A DNA stretch of 64,000 bases, taken from the NCBI GenBank assembly GCA_013239625.1, contig MU053810.1, positions 3,111,518-3,175,517 on the forward strand, in the 5' to 3' direction. Below are positions 26,590-38,300 of the stretch, piece after piece. The translations under genes were made by a program, and so were the position numbers. This DNA is from Lama guanicoe. Taxonomy: Eukaryota. Positions within the stretch are counted from its first letter, which is position 1. Every line of letters starts with the position of its first letter. Under the pieces are notes generated by a model, which worked only from the letters and a program-made list of their open reading frames with translations, was not told the origin of the DNA and did not search any database.

Positions 26590-27170
26590 AATAGGTTCTC
26601 TACTAAAAATGCATTCAGCAGCGAACAACAGAAAACTCAACTACGGTAGCTTTGACAAAGAGAGGTTTATTTGTCTCTCATAAATGTAGCCCAAGGGTAG
26701 GAAGTCCAGGTCTAAAACAACAGCTCAACAATGCCTTCGAGGACCCTGGCTCTGTCTTTCTTTTCTATCATTTCTTTCTGTTTTTTTTAAATTTTTTCGG
26801 TGGGGGGAGGTAATCAGACTTATTTATTTACTTATTCTAAAAGGAGGTACTGCGGATTGAACCCAGGACCTCATGCATGCTAAGCTTGTGCTCTACCACT
26901 TGAGATATACCCCCTCCCACCTTTTCTATCATTTTTAATGTCTTGACTTTCATTCTCATGCTTGTTACCTCATGGTCTCCACATGACTGCTACATTGCTA
27001 GCCATTGCATCTGTGTTCCAGACAGAAAGAAGGGTATGAGTGGAGAATGATTTCCTTCAGAACTGTATCTTTTTATTCAGGAAGGGAAGCCCTTGGCAGA
27101 AGACTATTCCTCATATTTCATCAGCCAGAATAGAATCCCTTCCTATTCTTAGACCCATCAATACCCAAGG
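26590..27170 (-). mobile_element. MaLR LTR (MLT1-like) interrupted by a SINE
   Basis: aacagaaaactcaactacggtagcttt...aggtttatttgtctctcata...aagtccagg... resumes after the SINE with cattctcatgcttgttacctcatggt...tcctcatatttcatcagccagaa. Confidence 0.7.
26774..26920 (-). mobile_element. tRNA-Ala-derived SINE (camelid Vic-1 type)
   Basis: Minus strand GGGAGGGGGTATATCTCAAGTGGTAGAGCACAAGCTTAGCATGCATGAGGTCCTGGGTTCAATCC...; perfect 14-bp TSD CTTTTCTATCATTT at 26760-26773 and 26921-26934. Confidence 0.9.
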
Positions 27171-27189
27171 GATTCAAATTGCTGAGGTA

Positions 27190-27385
27190 CTGTGGACCTA
27201 TTTACACAGTAACCTCTAATCTCCTTCTACTGTGCCTTCCTGTACAGCTAAGAGAAAGCCAAAAACTACATTTCCCAGACTCCCTTGCAGCTAGGGAGTA
27301 GAGTGGAGTGAGGAGAGGCCAGCCACTTGGCCCACTAGCAGAGGTAGGGTGGATCTGGAGTGATTAAATGGGCACTTCCTTGATT
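27190..27385 (+). mobile_element. ERVL-class LTR fragment (LTR16/MLT-like)
   Basis: aaaactacatttcccagactcccttgcagctaggg motif characteristic of ERVL/MaLR LTRs. Confidence 0.5.
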
Positions 27386-28879
27386 GGTCCTTCTTTATAA
27401 AATGACAAATCATTATTAACTCCACTTGGTTGGGCCTGTTCTTTTTGGGTTTTGTCTCCAGCTATTCCAATGCAAAATATTACCAAGTTAGGTAGCCCAC
27501 AATAAAGCACTTTATAGCCTCTTTGGTTTCCTCACAGTGGATGAGCTATACTTAGAACATGATATATTTCTTTGGTCTCAGAACCACAAATTGCTGGGCT
27601 TCCCCAAAGGCACTGGCTGCTGCTGCTGGTGGTGGTGATTTTAATGGTGATGTGATTTTTCTAAATTATCTGGATCCTGGGAATGGTGACCAGTGGTGTT
27701 GACTTTTCCTTCTTAACCATTAAAAAGATTTAAGGCAAGTGGGTGTCCTTCTCCCTCAAACTACAGTCTTCATTGCGTGTATTTTGTGTGCTCACCTCAT
27801 TTCTGATCCTATCTTTTCTACTCCCCCCAACCTTTTCTGATTCCCTTACTTATTTTTGTTATTTCATTCTGTTGCTTCTTTTTTCCTCACAGCAGAAATT
27901 CTTTTTGAAAATTGATAGGGTTACAAGAGTGTGTCTGCTAAAGAAAAACTATTCAGATATTTAATTTCCCAAATTAAAAAAAAAACTATCAACATACTAG
28001 ATATCAAAAGTAAAAATTGGGGTTGAACATTTCATAGCTATAAGTTGATTTTAGTAGAATATTTTAAGTTGGTCCCAAACATGAGTCTCTGCTTTGCTCC
28101 TTGGAAAAAATACTGACTTTCCTCTATATGCTGATCATAAACTTGTGAATAGGATGAATATAAAAGACACATGCTCAGTTTTGGCCTAAAGTCATCTTAC
28201 TATAGCAATAAGGACTGCATACATCGTAGAACCACACTGGAAGTGTTTGCCACCAACACTTTAGAGAAGATAATGGCATATAACTAAGTTTTAAACACTG
28301 ATAGGCAATAAAACTAGGTGAGAAACCCATACCCAAATGCTGGTGGTGTTTTCTGAGATGATTGAAAAATGGGACCACAGCCCAGATGGTGTCATGAAGT
28401 GTGGACTAATTGTAGAGCCCTGACCCAGACCGGAAGCTCCACAGGGCACCATTTTTGAAGAGGGAGGGAGATAACATTCCTTGAACCATCTGTGTGATTC
28501 AGCTGCTGCCAAGTCAGGTAAAAACATGAATGACCGAAAAAAAAAAAAAAAAAGAAGAATGGCCGACCAATGAACACATTCTAAAGTGTGTAAATGTGTG
28601 TTTCATTAAATGCAATAAGAAGCAAAGATTCAGCCTCATGGCTTTATAATCAGAGCAAATTTCTGACCCCCAATAATTTTCACTCACTTCATCACCAACT
28701 TAGTTTACAGAACACAATTTCTCTAACTGGTTTGTTTCCCATCCCCCCACCCCACATCCTACCCCCAAGTCTAGTCCACCCTCAAAAGCATTCTCAGCAT
28801 TGAGTGTATTCAAAAGAGTGAGCTGAAAGCAATTTAAACGAAGCTCTGTAAAGTTTTGAGTCAAGGAGCATTGTGGAAT

Positions 28880-29412
28880 CAGTGTGTAGCCCGTGGGAAC
28901 ACTTCCTCCTTAAAACCACTCCTTGGCTCACCAAGGCATTCACAATAGTCTCAAGTCCTTGGAATGCCACACAAGGCTCTTCAGATGGGAGCCCCGCTTC
29001 CCTCCCCAGCTTCACCTCTGGTCATGGCCCATCTCGTGGCCTGATGAGATCCGACAATACCGAAGATGCATTTCCTCCTAAATAAGCCATGTGCTCTTCT
29101 GCCTCCAGGCCCCGACACAGCCTGGACCCCTAACCTGCCCTCCCCGTCCGTTCTTCCTGCCTGATGACTCTGGCTAACCTTTCAAGACCTGTCTCAATCT
29201 TCGCCTGAACCAGGGAGCCTTTTTCCACACCCATTTTTCACGGCCCCCAGTGCTTCCCCCTTTCTACCCCTTAAACTGACATGAAATTGCCTGAAACTCT
29301 TTTGTCTCCACCTGCAAATTCCTTGAAGGCATGGACAGTGTTTTGTTTCTCACTGTATCACTAGCACCTGGGCCATAGGAGGTGCTAAATATATGCTTCT
29401 CAAATGAATGAA
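28880..29412 (+). mobile_element. L2 3' portion
   Basis: cttcctccttaaaaccactccttggctc... to aaattccttgaaggcatggacagtg...ctagcacctgggccataggaggtgct...tgaatgaa. Confidence 0.7.
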
Positions 29413-29618
29413 AGTGATTATTCTGAAGGAAACAATTCACTTGAGTGGATAATTTTGCTGTGTTTGAAAAAATTCACTCACTCTCTTATGGACATAATTC
29501 ACGTTGTAGCGACATTAATGTTTCCTAGTAAGTACTCAAAGAAAGTATTGTCATCAATATGATAATTCTACTACTTGCGTTTTTATTCCCCATTTAAACT
29601 TATGAAAACTTCATCACA

Positions 29619-29754
29619 TGGGAACATTAGCTATCTTGATTGTGGTAGTGGCTTCATTGGTGTATACAGCTATCAAAATTAATCAAATTGTACACCTGAA
29701 CTATGTGTAGTTTACTGTACAAGAATCATACCACAATAAACGTGTTTAAAAAAA
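29619..29754 (+). mobile_element. Very short L1 3' tail with poly(A) and TSD
   Basis: ctatcttgattgtggtagtgg...caaattgtacac...caataaa then an A-run; TSD AAAACTTCAT(C/G)ACA at 29605-29618 and 29755-29768. Confidence 0.8.
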
Positions 29755-29893
29755 AAAACTTCATGACAGCTTAAAGAAATTTATAAATCAAAATATTTTA
29801 AGGATTTAAAAAAGGGATATTTTAATTAATATCATTTAAAGGAAGGAAATATTCTCTAAGTAGAGCTGGCAATTAAATTATAACATGAAACAA

Positions 29894-30398
29894 CCTAAAT
29901 GTCCATCAAGAGATGACTGGATAAAGAAGTTGTTGAATATTTACACAATGGAATACTACTCAGCCATAAAAAAGAATAAAATAATGCCGTCTGCAGAAAT
30001 ATGGATGGATCTGGAGATATCATTCTAAGTGAAGTAAGCCAGAAAGAGAAAGAAAAATACTATATGGTATCACTTATATGTTGAATCTAAAAAAAGATAT
30101 AAATGAACTTATTTACAAAACAGAAACATACTCACAGACATAGAAAACAAATTTATGATTAACAGGTAGGAAAGAGGGTGGGAAGGGGTAAGTTGGGACT
30201 TTGAGATTTGCAGATACTACTATATATAAAATAGATAAACAGTAAGTTCATACTGTATAGCACAGGGAACTATATTCAGTATCTTGTAGTAACCTATTAT
30301 GAAAATGAGTCTATATATGTATATGTATAACTGACACATTGTACTGTACACCAGAAATTGACACAACATTGTGAACTGACTGTACTTCAATAAAAAAC
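29894..30398 (+). mobile_element. Young 5'-truncated L1 3' end
   Basis: Closely similar to the 6.4-7.0 kb copy (ggaatactactcagccataaaaa...ctaagtgaagtaagccagaaagagaaag); perfect 17-bp TSD ATTATAACATGAAACAA at 29877-29893 and 30399-30415. Confidence 0.92.
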
Positions 30399-30549
30399 AT
30401 TATAACATGAAACAAACATTAGCAAAAGGCCTCTGGAGAAGAGGAACCTAGTCATATCCTTATTTTATAAAAAGTGGCTCTTTTTCAAACTGTGAAGAAA
30501 AAATACTCAGAATAAAATCTGCCACTGTCCTCTCCCTGTGCTGATGATG

Positions 30550-30775
30550 ATAATAATAATAGTAGTTAGCCATGTTAAATGTGTACTGGGTGCCAGGTCT
30601 TTTAAATGAATTCCCTCACTCGGTTCTCAGGACAGTACTATCATTACTGCCATTTAAAAAAAGGAGAAATGAGTTTTAGGTAAGTTGAATGGTTTGTCCA
30701 AATCTACATACTTAAATAACCAGTAGAGCCGAGACTGGAGCCCAGGTGGTCTGACACCAGAGCTCAGGCTCTTTC
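30550..30775 (-). mobile_element. MIR SINE
   Basis: gtgtactgggtgccagg...cattactgccattt...gagccgagactggagcccaggtggtctgacaccagagctc. Confidence 0.7.
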
Positions 30776-30849
30776 CTGGCCTCTGGAACATGAAATCTCT
30801 CTCACATTAAGGAATAGAAGATTCTACCTCTCAGTTGACTCCTACCCCA

Positions 30850-31365
30850 CGTGTTACACAACATTACTAGTTATGGAGTAGAATGTGGCCTAAAGCTGTT
30901 CCTTCTGAGAGTCAGGAATCTGAGGGCTGCTTTGCTGGGTGGTTCTGGCTCAGGGTCTTTCACGAGGCTGCAGTCAAGCTGCAATCTCATGACTGAAGAC
31001 ATTTCATGGCTCCACTGCGGCTGAAGGACCCAAGACTTTGGGCTGAGGGCCCCAGTGCCTCACTGGGTGTTGACCAAAGGCCTCCCTCAGTTCCTCAGCA
31101 CAAAGGCTTCATGACAGGGCAGCCCACAGCGTGGAAGCTGGCTTTCCTCAGAGCCAGGAGCTAAGAGACCAAGAAAGAGGCGACCCAGGACAAAAGCAGC
31201 AGTCCCTCAGAGCCTCACCTGGGCCGGGACACGTCGTCACTGCTGCTGGATGCTCTGCGTTAGAAATGAGTCACAGAGTTCTGCCAACCCGAGGGGCCTA
31301 CACAAGGGCAGGACGACCAGAAGATGGGGTCACTGGGAGCCACCCTGGGGACTGCCTTCCACACC
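30850..31365 (-). mobile_element. MaLR LTR (MLT1F/G-like)
   Basis: gtcaggaatctgagggctgctttgctgggtggttctggctcagggtctttcacgaggctgcagtcaag...ggggtcactgggagccacc...ctgccttccaca. Confidence 0.8.
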
Positions 31366-33519
31366 TGCTTTAACACACTGCAAAGAAACGGGTGTTTTGG
31401 CTTCATGCCAGGTTTCCAGGTGCGAGTGTTGGCTTTTTCTTTTTATTCACATGAGAAGAAACGAGATCATTAGACTCAAATGACAAATCTCTGCTTACCC
31501 CAAAAATCCTTTCACTAGAAGACAAGATTGGAAAGACCAAGTAAAATTGAAAAAAGCTTTAATTCACAGTTGCATCCAATTGCTAATATATTGCTTCACA
31601 AGTACCACATTCTCTCCTAATACAGTTCAGATGTAGGTATGAGCAACAGTGGGTCCCAGATAAGACCACACAAATAAGCAAAAACATTTTAAAATACCGT
31701 AGAGTATCGATTCCTAAAAACAATTGTGTGTATCCATTACCTCCCTTCTATGGCTAATTTCTGAAATCACTGTGACAAGTGTCATGCCAGAGACTCCTTG
31801 GGGACAAGCTGAGGAACACATATTTAAGATCAGTTTGAGAAAAGATATGTTACTGCTTTACATACAATACAATTAATCATTTTTAGTCTTTTAAATCGGT
31901 TGTTTTAAAAATAAAAGAAATACACAATTTAGACCTAGTGGTTAAAATGAAATGGTGGTATTTCCAAATTTTAAATCAGTTTGGAATGTTACATATTTTC
32001 CTGCTCACAAACATAGCCTCTACATTATTTTAAATTAATACCTTACGATGCCATTATCAGAATAAGCAATCATTTGTTCTGCAAGATTGTTAATGACCAT
32101 GACCAAAAACCTTAAAATTCTGATCTGAAATAGCATGAATCTTATTCATAAATGTGGCTGTATGGTCTTATGAAGAACTATAAGATATTTGCCCTTGACT
32201 CATTATAAGGTGAAAATTATACATGCTTCTGAATTTTTTCCAATTAATTAAACATGTAAGTTTGACTCATGAATGCAAAAATCAAAGAATAATTCTTTTC
32301 TTCTTCTGGTTGCTGCATATTTGTGTCATACGTTAGCATAAGTTTTTTTCCAAACAGCAAATTTCTTAACTGCATCGTACGTGTTACAGACACTGTGCAA
32401 CTCCAGAGCAGCAACTAGAACAAAGTAGCTGTGCTGATTTCTTTTCAGACTTAATCTATGATCTCCAGAGGTCAAACAGGAACTGAGACTTCCCCAGGCG
32501 GATAGTAGAAGCTTACCATTTTTATAATAATGTTCTTTTATAATGATAATATGAATTTAGACTTAGTCTGTCATGGAAAAGAAAATATTTCCTTCCTTTC
32601 ATCACTGAAATCAATATTCATCTTACATAAAGCTTTACAGTCATATTTTAAAAAAACAAAAAGAATTTTATGTTGAATACATCGATGATTTTTCATAGCC
32701 AGTAGAATGAAGCCTTATTAATTTATATCTTGTGGGTTCTGAGTTTGTTGTTATTCTTACTGTGATTATAAATATATTTCCACCTTTGTAGGCGCTATTG
32801 AAAGGGCTTATTACTATATCTGAAATGTAAATTAGATTGCACAGGAGAGCTCGGTGTCACCAGAAAGTAAAAAAGTGAGAAAGAAACCATTAGGAGAGTG
32901 AGTCCAAAACAAGTGGGAGGAGAGTAAGAAAGCAACTACTCCCACAATTTAATACAAAAAATATATAGTGATTGAGAGCCTCCTACCTCCAAAACACTTT
33001 ATATGAAGCAACCAAACATAAATAAAATCCAATCCATGTGACCAAGGTGTTAACGTGATAGTAGATGTGTTAAAGCCGTTCATAGTCATTTTAACAAATG
33101 TCCTAACAGAGGTGTAGCTTCATCCTATGGATGGTCACAGAAGGGTGAAGTCACCTCTCAGGGACGTGAGTCAGAGTGGGTCTTGCGGAAGAGGCCACAT
33201 TTATTGTAAATCTCAAGGTGAGCACATTGTCAGAAGGAATGGCAGGAGAGCCTCAGAAAGGTGATGCTTACTCTGGGTGGTCTTGTGTCTGCTAAAAATC
33301 AGGAGTTATTGGAGAAAAGCAGGGAGAATGGATTTTGGAGTCAATAGCAGCGTGTGGCACACATGGTTTGTATAGAGACTGTAGCAGAAAGATGACATCT
33401 GGCTAATATGCAGAATATATGTGTGTCCCGTGTCCCAAACTCACGTTTGGAATACGTGGTTCCTTAGCAGGAATGTTCTGGCTAATGAAATAAAGAAGTT
33501 GCTCAAATGGTATAATACC

Positions 33520-33880
33520 TCTATCTCTTTTCTTTACTTTCCTCCATAACACTAAGTACCTTCTGATGTATATTTCACTACTGGTTTATTGTCTGCTTCC
33601 CCTCACTAGGAAGTCAGTTCCTTGAAGGCAGGGAACTTTGTTGGTTTTGTTCACCTAGAACAATGTCTAGTAAGCGCTCAGTAGATAAATGTTGAATGAA
33701 CAAAGAAATAGATGGTGAGTATTTATGAGTAACTAGCACAAAAGCATAATTAACTAGGATGCTTTCATGAAGGATAGAATCCTTAAGAGAAGCCACCATG
33801 CCTTTTCCCTCTTTGTGATCCCAGCATCTGACAGAGTATCTGTCATATTGTAGCCATTCGATAAATACTAGTTGAATATT
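33520..33880 (+). mobile_element. Two L2 3'-end fragments
   Basis: agttccttgaaggcagggaac...cacctagaacaatgtctagtaagcgctcagtagataaatgttgaatgaa; second tail cccagcatctgacagagtatctg...ataaatactagttgaat. Confidence 0.7.
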
Positions 33881-34022
33881 TATTTAAGAGCACAGACTGA
33901 AGCTGGACTGCCCGTGTTTAAATCCCAACTCTTCTACTTAACACCTGTGTAACCTAGGGAAAAGCATTTAACTTCTCTGTGCTCAGTATCTTCGTAAAAC
34001 AAGAACAGTAAGTACCACAGTA

Positions 34023-34676
34023 CAGGACCACCTCAGAGATGCTGTGGGTTCAGTTCCAGACCACAGCAATAAAGCAAATATCACAATAAAGTGAGTCACA
34101 GGGAGTTTTTTTTGTTTGTTTGTTTTCCAGTACATATAAAAGTTATGTTTGCACTATATTGTAACCTAGTAAGTGTACAAGAGCATTGTCTTAAAAAAGT
34201 ACATACTTTTATGAAAAAAATACTTCATTGCTAAAATAAAAGCTATCACCTGAGCCTTCAGCATGTCGCAGTAGTTACATCAACAATCACTGGTCACAGA
34301 TCACCATAAAAAATATAATAATAATGAAAATTTTGAAAGATTACAAGAATCACCAAAATGTGGCACAGAGACACGAAGTGAACAAATGCTATTGGGAAAA
34401 TGGTACCCATAAAGGTGGGGAGGGTGTAGCTCAGTGGTAGAGCTTGCATGCATGAGGTCCTGTGTTCAATCCCCTGTATCTATGTTAAGAAAATAAGTAA
34501 GTACATTTTAAAATTTATTTAAAAAAATTTGTACCCCCCCACCAAAAAAAAAAAAAAAAGTAAAAATGGCACCAATAGACTTGCTTGAGGCAGGGTTGCC
34601 ACAAAGCTTCACTTTGTAAAAACACAATATCCACGGAGTGCAATACAGTGAGGCATAATAAAGCGAGGTGTACCTG
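34023..34676 (-). mobile_element. Internally deleted Tigger1 (TcMar-Tigger) DNA transposon
   Basis: Both Tigger1 termini (caggaccacctcagagatgctgtgggttcagttccagaccac... and ...aataaagcgaggtgtacctg) flanked by TA at 34021-34022 and 34677-34678. Confidence 0.88.
34412..34562 (+). mobile_element. tRNA-Ala-derived SINE (Vic-1 type) inside Tigger1
   Basis: ggggagggtgtagctcagtggtagag...gaggtcctgtgttcaatcccc...poly(A); 15-bp TSD with 2 mismatches AAAATGG(T/C)ACC(C/A)ATA at 34397-34411 and 34563-34577. Confidence 0.88.
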
Positions 34677-35059
34677 TAATCACACATGCAGTCCTTGTGA
34701 GGATTAAGAGAGGGAATATGTTTAAAGCACAGTAACTGTTAGATAATGATGACAAATAGCCCTGTGAAACTCACAATGAAATAAGAATATGCTGAATAAG
34801 CTAAAACCACCTAAACTTTTTAAATGTGAAAAAGTTACTTGAATTCCATCAAATAAGCCCCTTGTAGCTTATGTCACTCCCCAACTGAAATCCGTAAATG
34901 AAAATCCGTAAACAGCTACTACTACCTCCATGATAAAATCCAATCGAATCCATTCCAACCTAGCATTCAAGGCCTCCTGCAACTTGTACCCAACATTTAA
35001 CTCAAAAACTAACAAGGCTTTTCTTCAAAGAACAAGGGAATTCTCCAGCAGTGTATAAT

Positions 35060-35300
35060 AAGAATGCCTCCTATTTTTATAGCACTATATGATTTTCAAA
35101 GAGTGTTTACACAGCCAATTCACTTATTACAATGGCCACATCAAAAAAGAAAATGAGACAGGTATTGTTATCCTCATTTGGCAGGTAAGGAAAGTAAGAT
35201 TCAAAGAGAAAAAGTGACTTGTTTGAAGTTTCATAGCTGATGGTGTAACCAAGACTAGAAAGCTGATTCTCCTGATACTGAATTCAGGATTGCTTTTGCC
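35060..35300 (-). mobile_element. MIR (MIRc/MIR3-like)
   Basis: tttatagcactatatgattttcaaagagtgtttacac...attgttatcctcatttggcaggtaaggaaagtaagattcaaagag...aagtgacttg. Confidence 0.65.
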
Positions 35301-38300
35301 ATAACCTTCTGTTGTTAACACTGAATTTAATGAATGGCTTCTGCATCCCTTCTAGTTTAGCATATGCCACGTATATAATAGGTGCTTAATCCATGTTTAC
35401 TAATTGCTTATAGTAAGGAAAAAATATATATATATATTCTTTTGCTCTGATTTACCAGACTTGTCATAGAAAAAAAGATAATTCATACCATTTAGCAGAA
35501 AATAAAAGAACCCCCAAATCTTGCTAACGTTCATAAAAATTGTTTCAGTGCTTTTCTAAAATATAAAAGGGCCCATGATTTCTATCAATATTCATATTTA
35601 CTATTTGTCTTTCTAATAGGAATATACCTGATCCATCTCCGGGGAGTTCTACAAGATTAATGTCTGGGTTTCATGACTTGAGTCATTTTCTTTTGAACCA
35701 AAGAGTAAATTATTAGATCTTACAATATCTGTGTTTCCTTCTGTGTATACAATTCTAGCCCTCTTCTGTATTTGAGGGGTCAGAGAGATTTGACTTTACA
35801 TTGTCTTATAGAGGAGTTTAAAATCGCATGCTTTAACATTCCATCGCATACTCCTACTAACATTTTCCAGGTATCATATACGAAATAGGAACTATAAAAA
35901 TATAGGAAATAGCATGATATTTATATTCAGGACCTTATATGAACCACGTTTATGATGGAGCCACCAACAGCTAACCACAGCCGTCGAAGGTTTTGGCAGA
36001 TACGATAGAATAGACTTCAGTCTTTCCTATTTCAACCACATCAAGAAAGAATTTCTCTAAAGCACAGAAACACCCAGAGAATCTCTTGTTTTTCTAAGCC
36101 TGATATGGAGAGGCATCAGAAACAAAAACTTTGGGGGGAAAAAAGTAAACAAAAGACATTTCGCCTTTTGGCCCTTTGGGTAATTTACAGGAGCAAGTAC
36201 AGTCTTTTGTGAGTCACATGTCTGCTGCGGTTGATCTTGCCAAAGGGGTGGAGACATTTTCCCTCCTGGGCTACAGCCTTGCTGACACTCCCATGATGAT
36301 CACGCCTGGCCGAGGTAGCTGCCCCGGTGAAATTAAGCTTCAGGTTTTAAAACATTAAAAACCAGGGAGCTCACTTCCTAAGCCTCTTCTCCCCAACCTC
36401 CACTATTTTTTTCCACCACCCGTCTTCTTTCAAGAACATCTGATGAAACGTGTGATCCAATAAAGGGGGAGGCACACCCAGCACCCGCGTTTAGTGGACA
36501 CCATGACTAGACACTGGGCAGAGGGTACATTTACATCCTTGTACAGGCTGCTCGCGTAAACTGTTGTTCGCTGGCACCTACGCACTAGGGCGGGAGTCCA
36601 AACTTGTGAGTGGGCAGAGAGCCATGCCAGCAGATGGGCTCGGGGATGACAGCCAAGGGACTATGTATGTGCATCAAGTATAGGTGTTGAGAACAGGAAT
36701 TCCAACTGAGAAGATCAAAATGACTCCCTGTCTCAAGCTTATGGTTAAGAGCTTGTCAATTCATGCCTTGTTTAATATAAATGGACTGGAATTCCAGAGA
36801 ATTGACAGATTTTGACAAAATCTTCCATTTATTTTTATTTCTTTTTTATAAAAATATAAACATAAAAATAACTCGGAGATTCACAGGAAATTGTTTGGTG
36901 ACATTTTGTAAGCAAAAAATGCTTCAACATCTCCAGAAGATTTCATGATTGTTAAAGTTTCCCTTAAAGAAATATAGAATTGGACCCTTTTATAGAACCA
37001 GCTCACTAGTTTCTCATATGCTATTAAACTCTTGAAGTGCATTCAACTCTGTCATTTCAATGTCAGGTATAATTCTTTAGGAAATTTATCCTAAGAGATC
37101 AATGAAATCGAATTTCCTAATTTAATCATCTGTTAACTCTCAAGAATGCCTGAGATCTACTCTATTTTGTTTTTAATGCAGGAAATATCATTCAGAGGAG
37201 GAACTGTCTTGGTGTTTCAGGTTTTTCTTTTTGAAAATAATTTCAGAACCTTAAATCTTAAAATTATATGATTTGAATCATAAAAGGGAAGTTCAGAATC
37301 CCTTAGATGGCTCACACGAACAGAGAAGGGAGCATGCTGTCTGTATTATTTATAACATGTCTATGCTTTTTTTCCTATGTAATAATATTAGGGACTTGGA
37401 CGAGGCCATCTCCGGGGTTCTCTCCGGCTACAAAATCCTCTGTTTCTAATACAAACAAACGGAATGGTGCTGTGCTTTCAAAATAGAAATCAAGATTCTG
37501 AGTGGAAGTCTCCCCATGGCTGTTATGACCCCAGAAGGAGACAGGGCACAGTGATTCCCCCTACACAATCCAAGTTGCCCTTGATTCCTAAGCTTTTCAG
37601 AAGTAAGGAAGTCTCAATTCATCCCTACTCTTTAGAAATACATTGCCCTGATCATCCAAACCATCTCCATAAATATATTTAAAAATTTTATGTTGAGGAA
37701 TAATGTAACAGGAAAGGGCACACACCATTAATGTACAGTTCATGAACTTTCTTTCTCATCAACTCAATACTCTGGTGGAAACAGCAACAGATCGAGGAAC
37801 AGAACATCATCACAGCTCAGAAGGATCACTCCCTTCCAGTCACTACCTCCTCTACAGCAACCACCATCAGGACTTCTGTCAATGTAGATTAGCTTTGACT
37901 GTCTTTTGAACTTTATATAAATGAAATCATACAGCATGTGGTCTTTTCTGTCTGGCTTCTTTCACTCAATATTATGGTCACGAGATCCACCCGTATTGTT
38001 GCATGGAGCTTTAGAATGTGCATTCTCACCGCTGTAGCATAATCCATTTATCTATATACCACTATCGACAGGCATTTAGCTAGTTCCCAGATTTGGGCTA
38101 TTACAAATAGTATTCCTATGGATATTTGAATGCATGTCTTTTAATGAACATTATGTACGCATTTCTTTGGGGCACACACTGAAGGGAAGGTTTGCTGGGT
38201 TATAGGCTGTGCATATTGTTCAGCGCTAGCAAAGTCTGCCAGTTTTCTCAGTTTTCTCATCTCAGCACTCATCCACCACCACTCTATGACAGTTCCTGTT

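Larger units (their letters stand above)
33883..34735 (+). mobile_element. MIR split by the Tigger1 derivative
   Basis: 5' half taagagcacagact...tttaaatcccaactct...ctgtgtaacctaggg...aacttctctgtgctcagt (33883-34020); 3' half cttgtgaggattaagagag...taaagcac (about 34690-34735). Confidence 0.7.
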
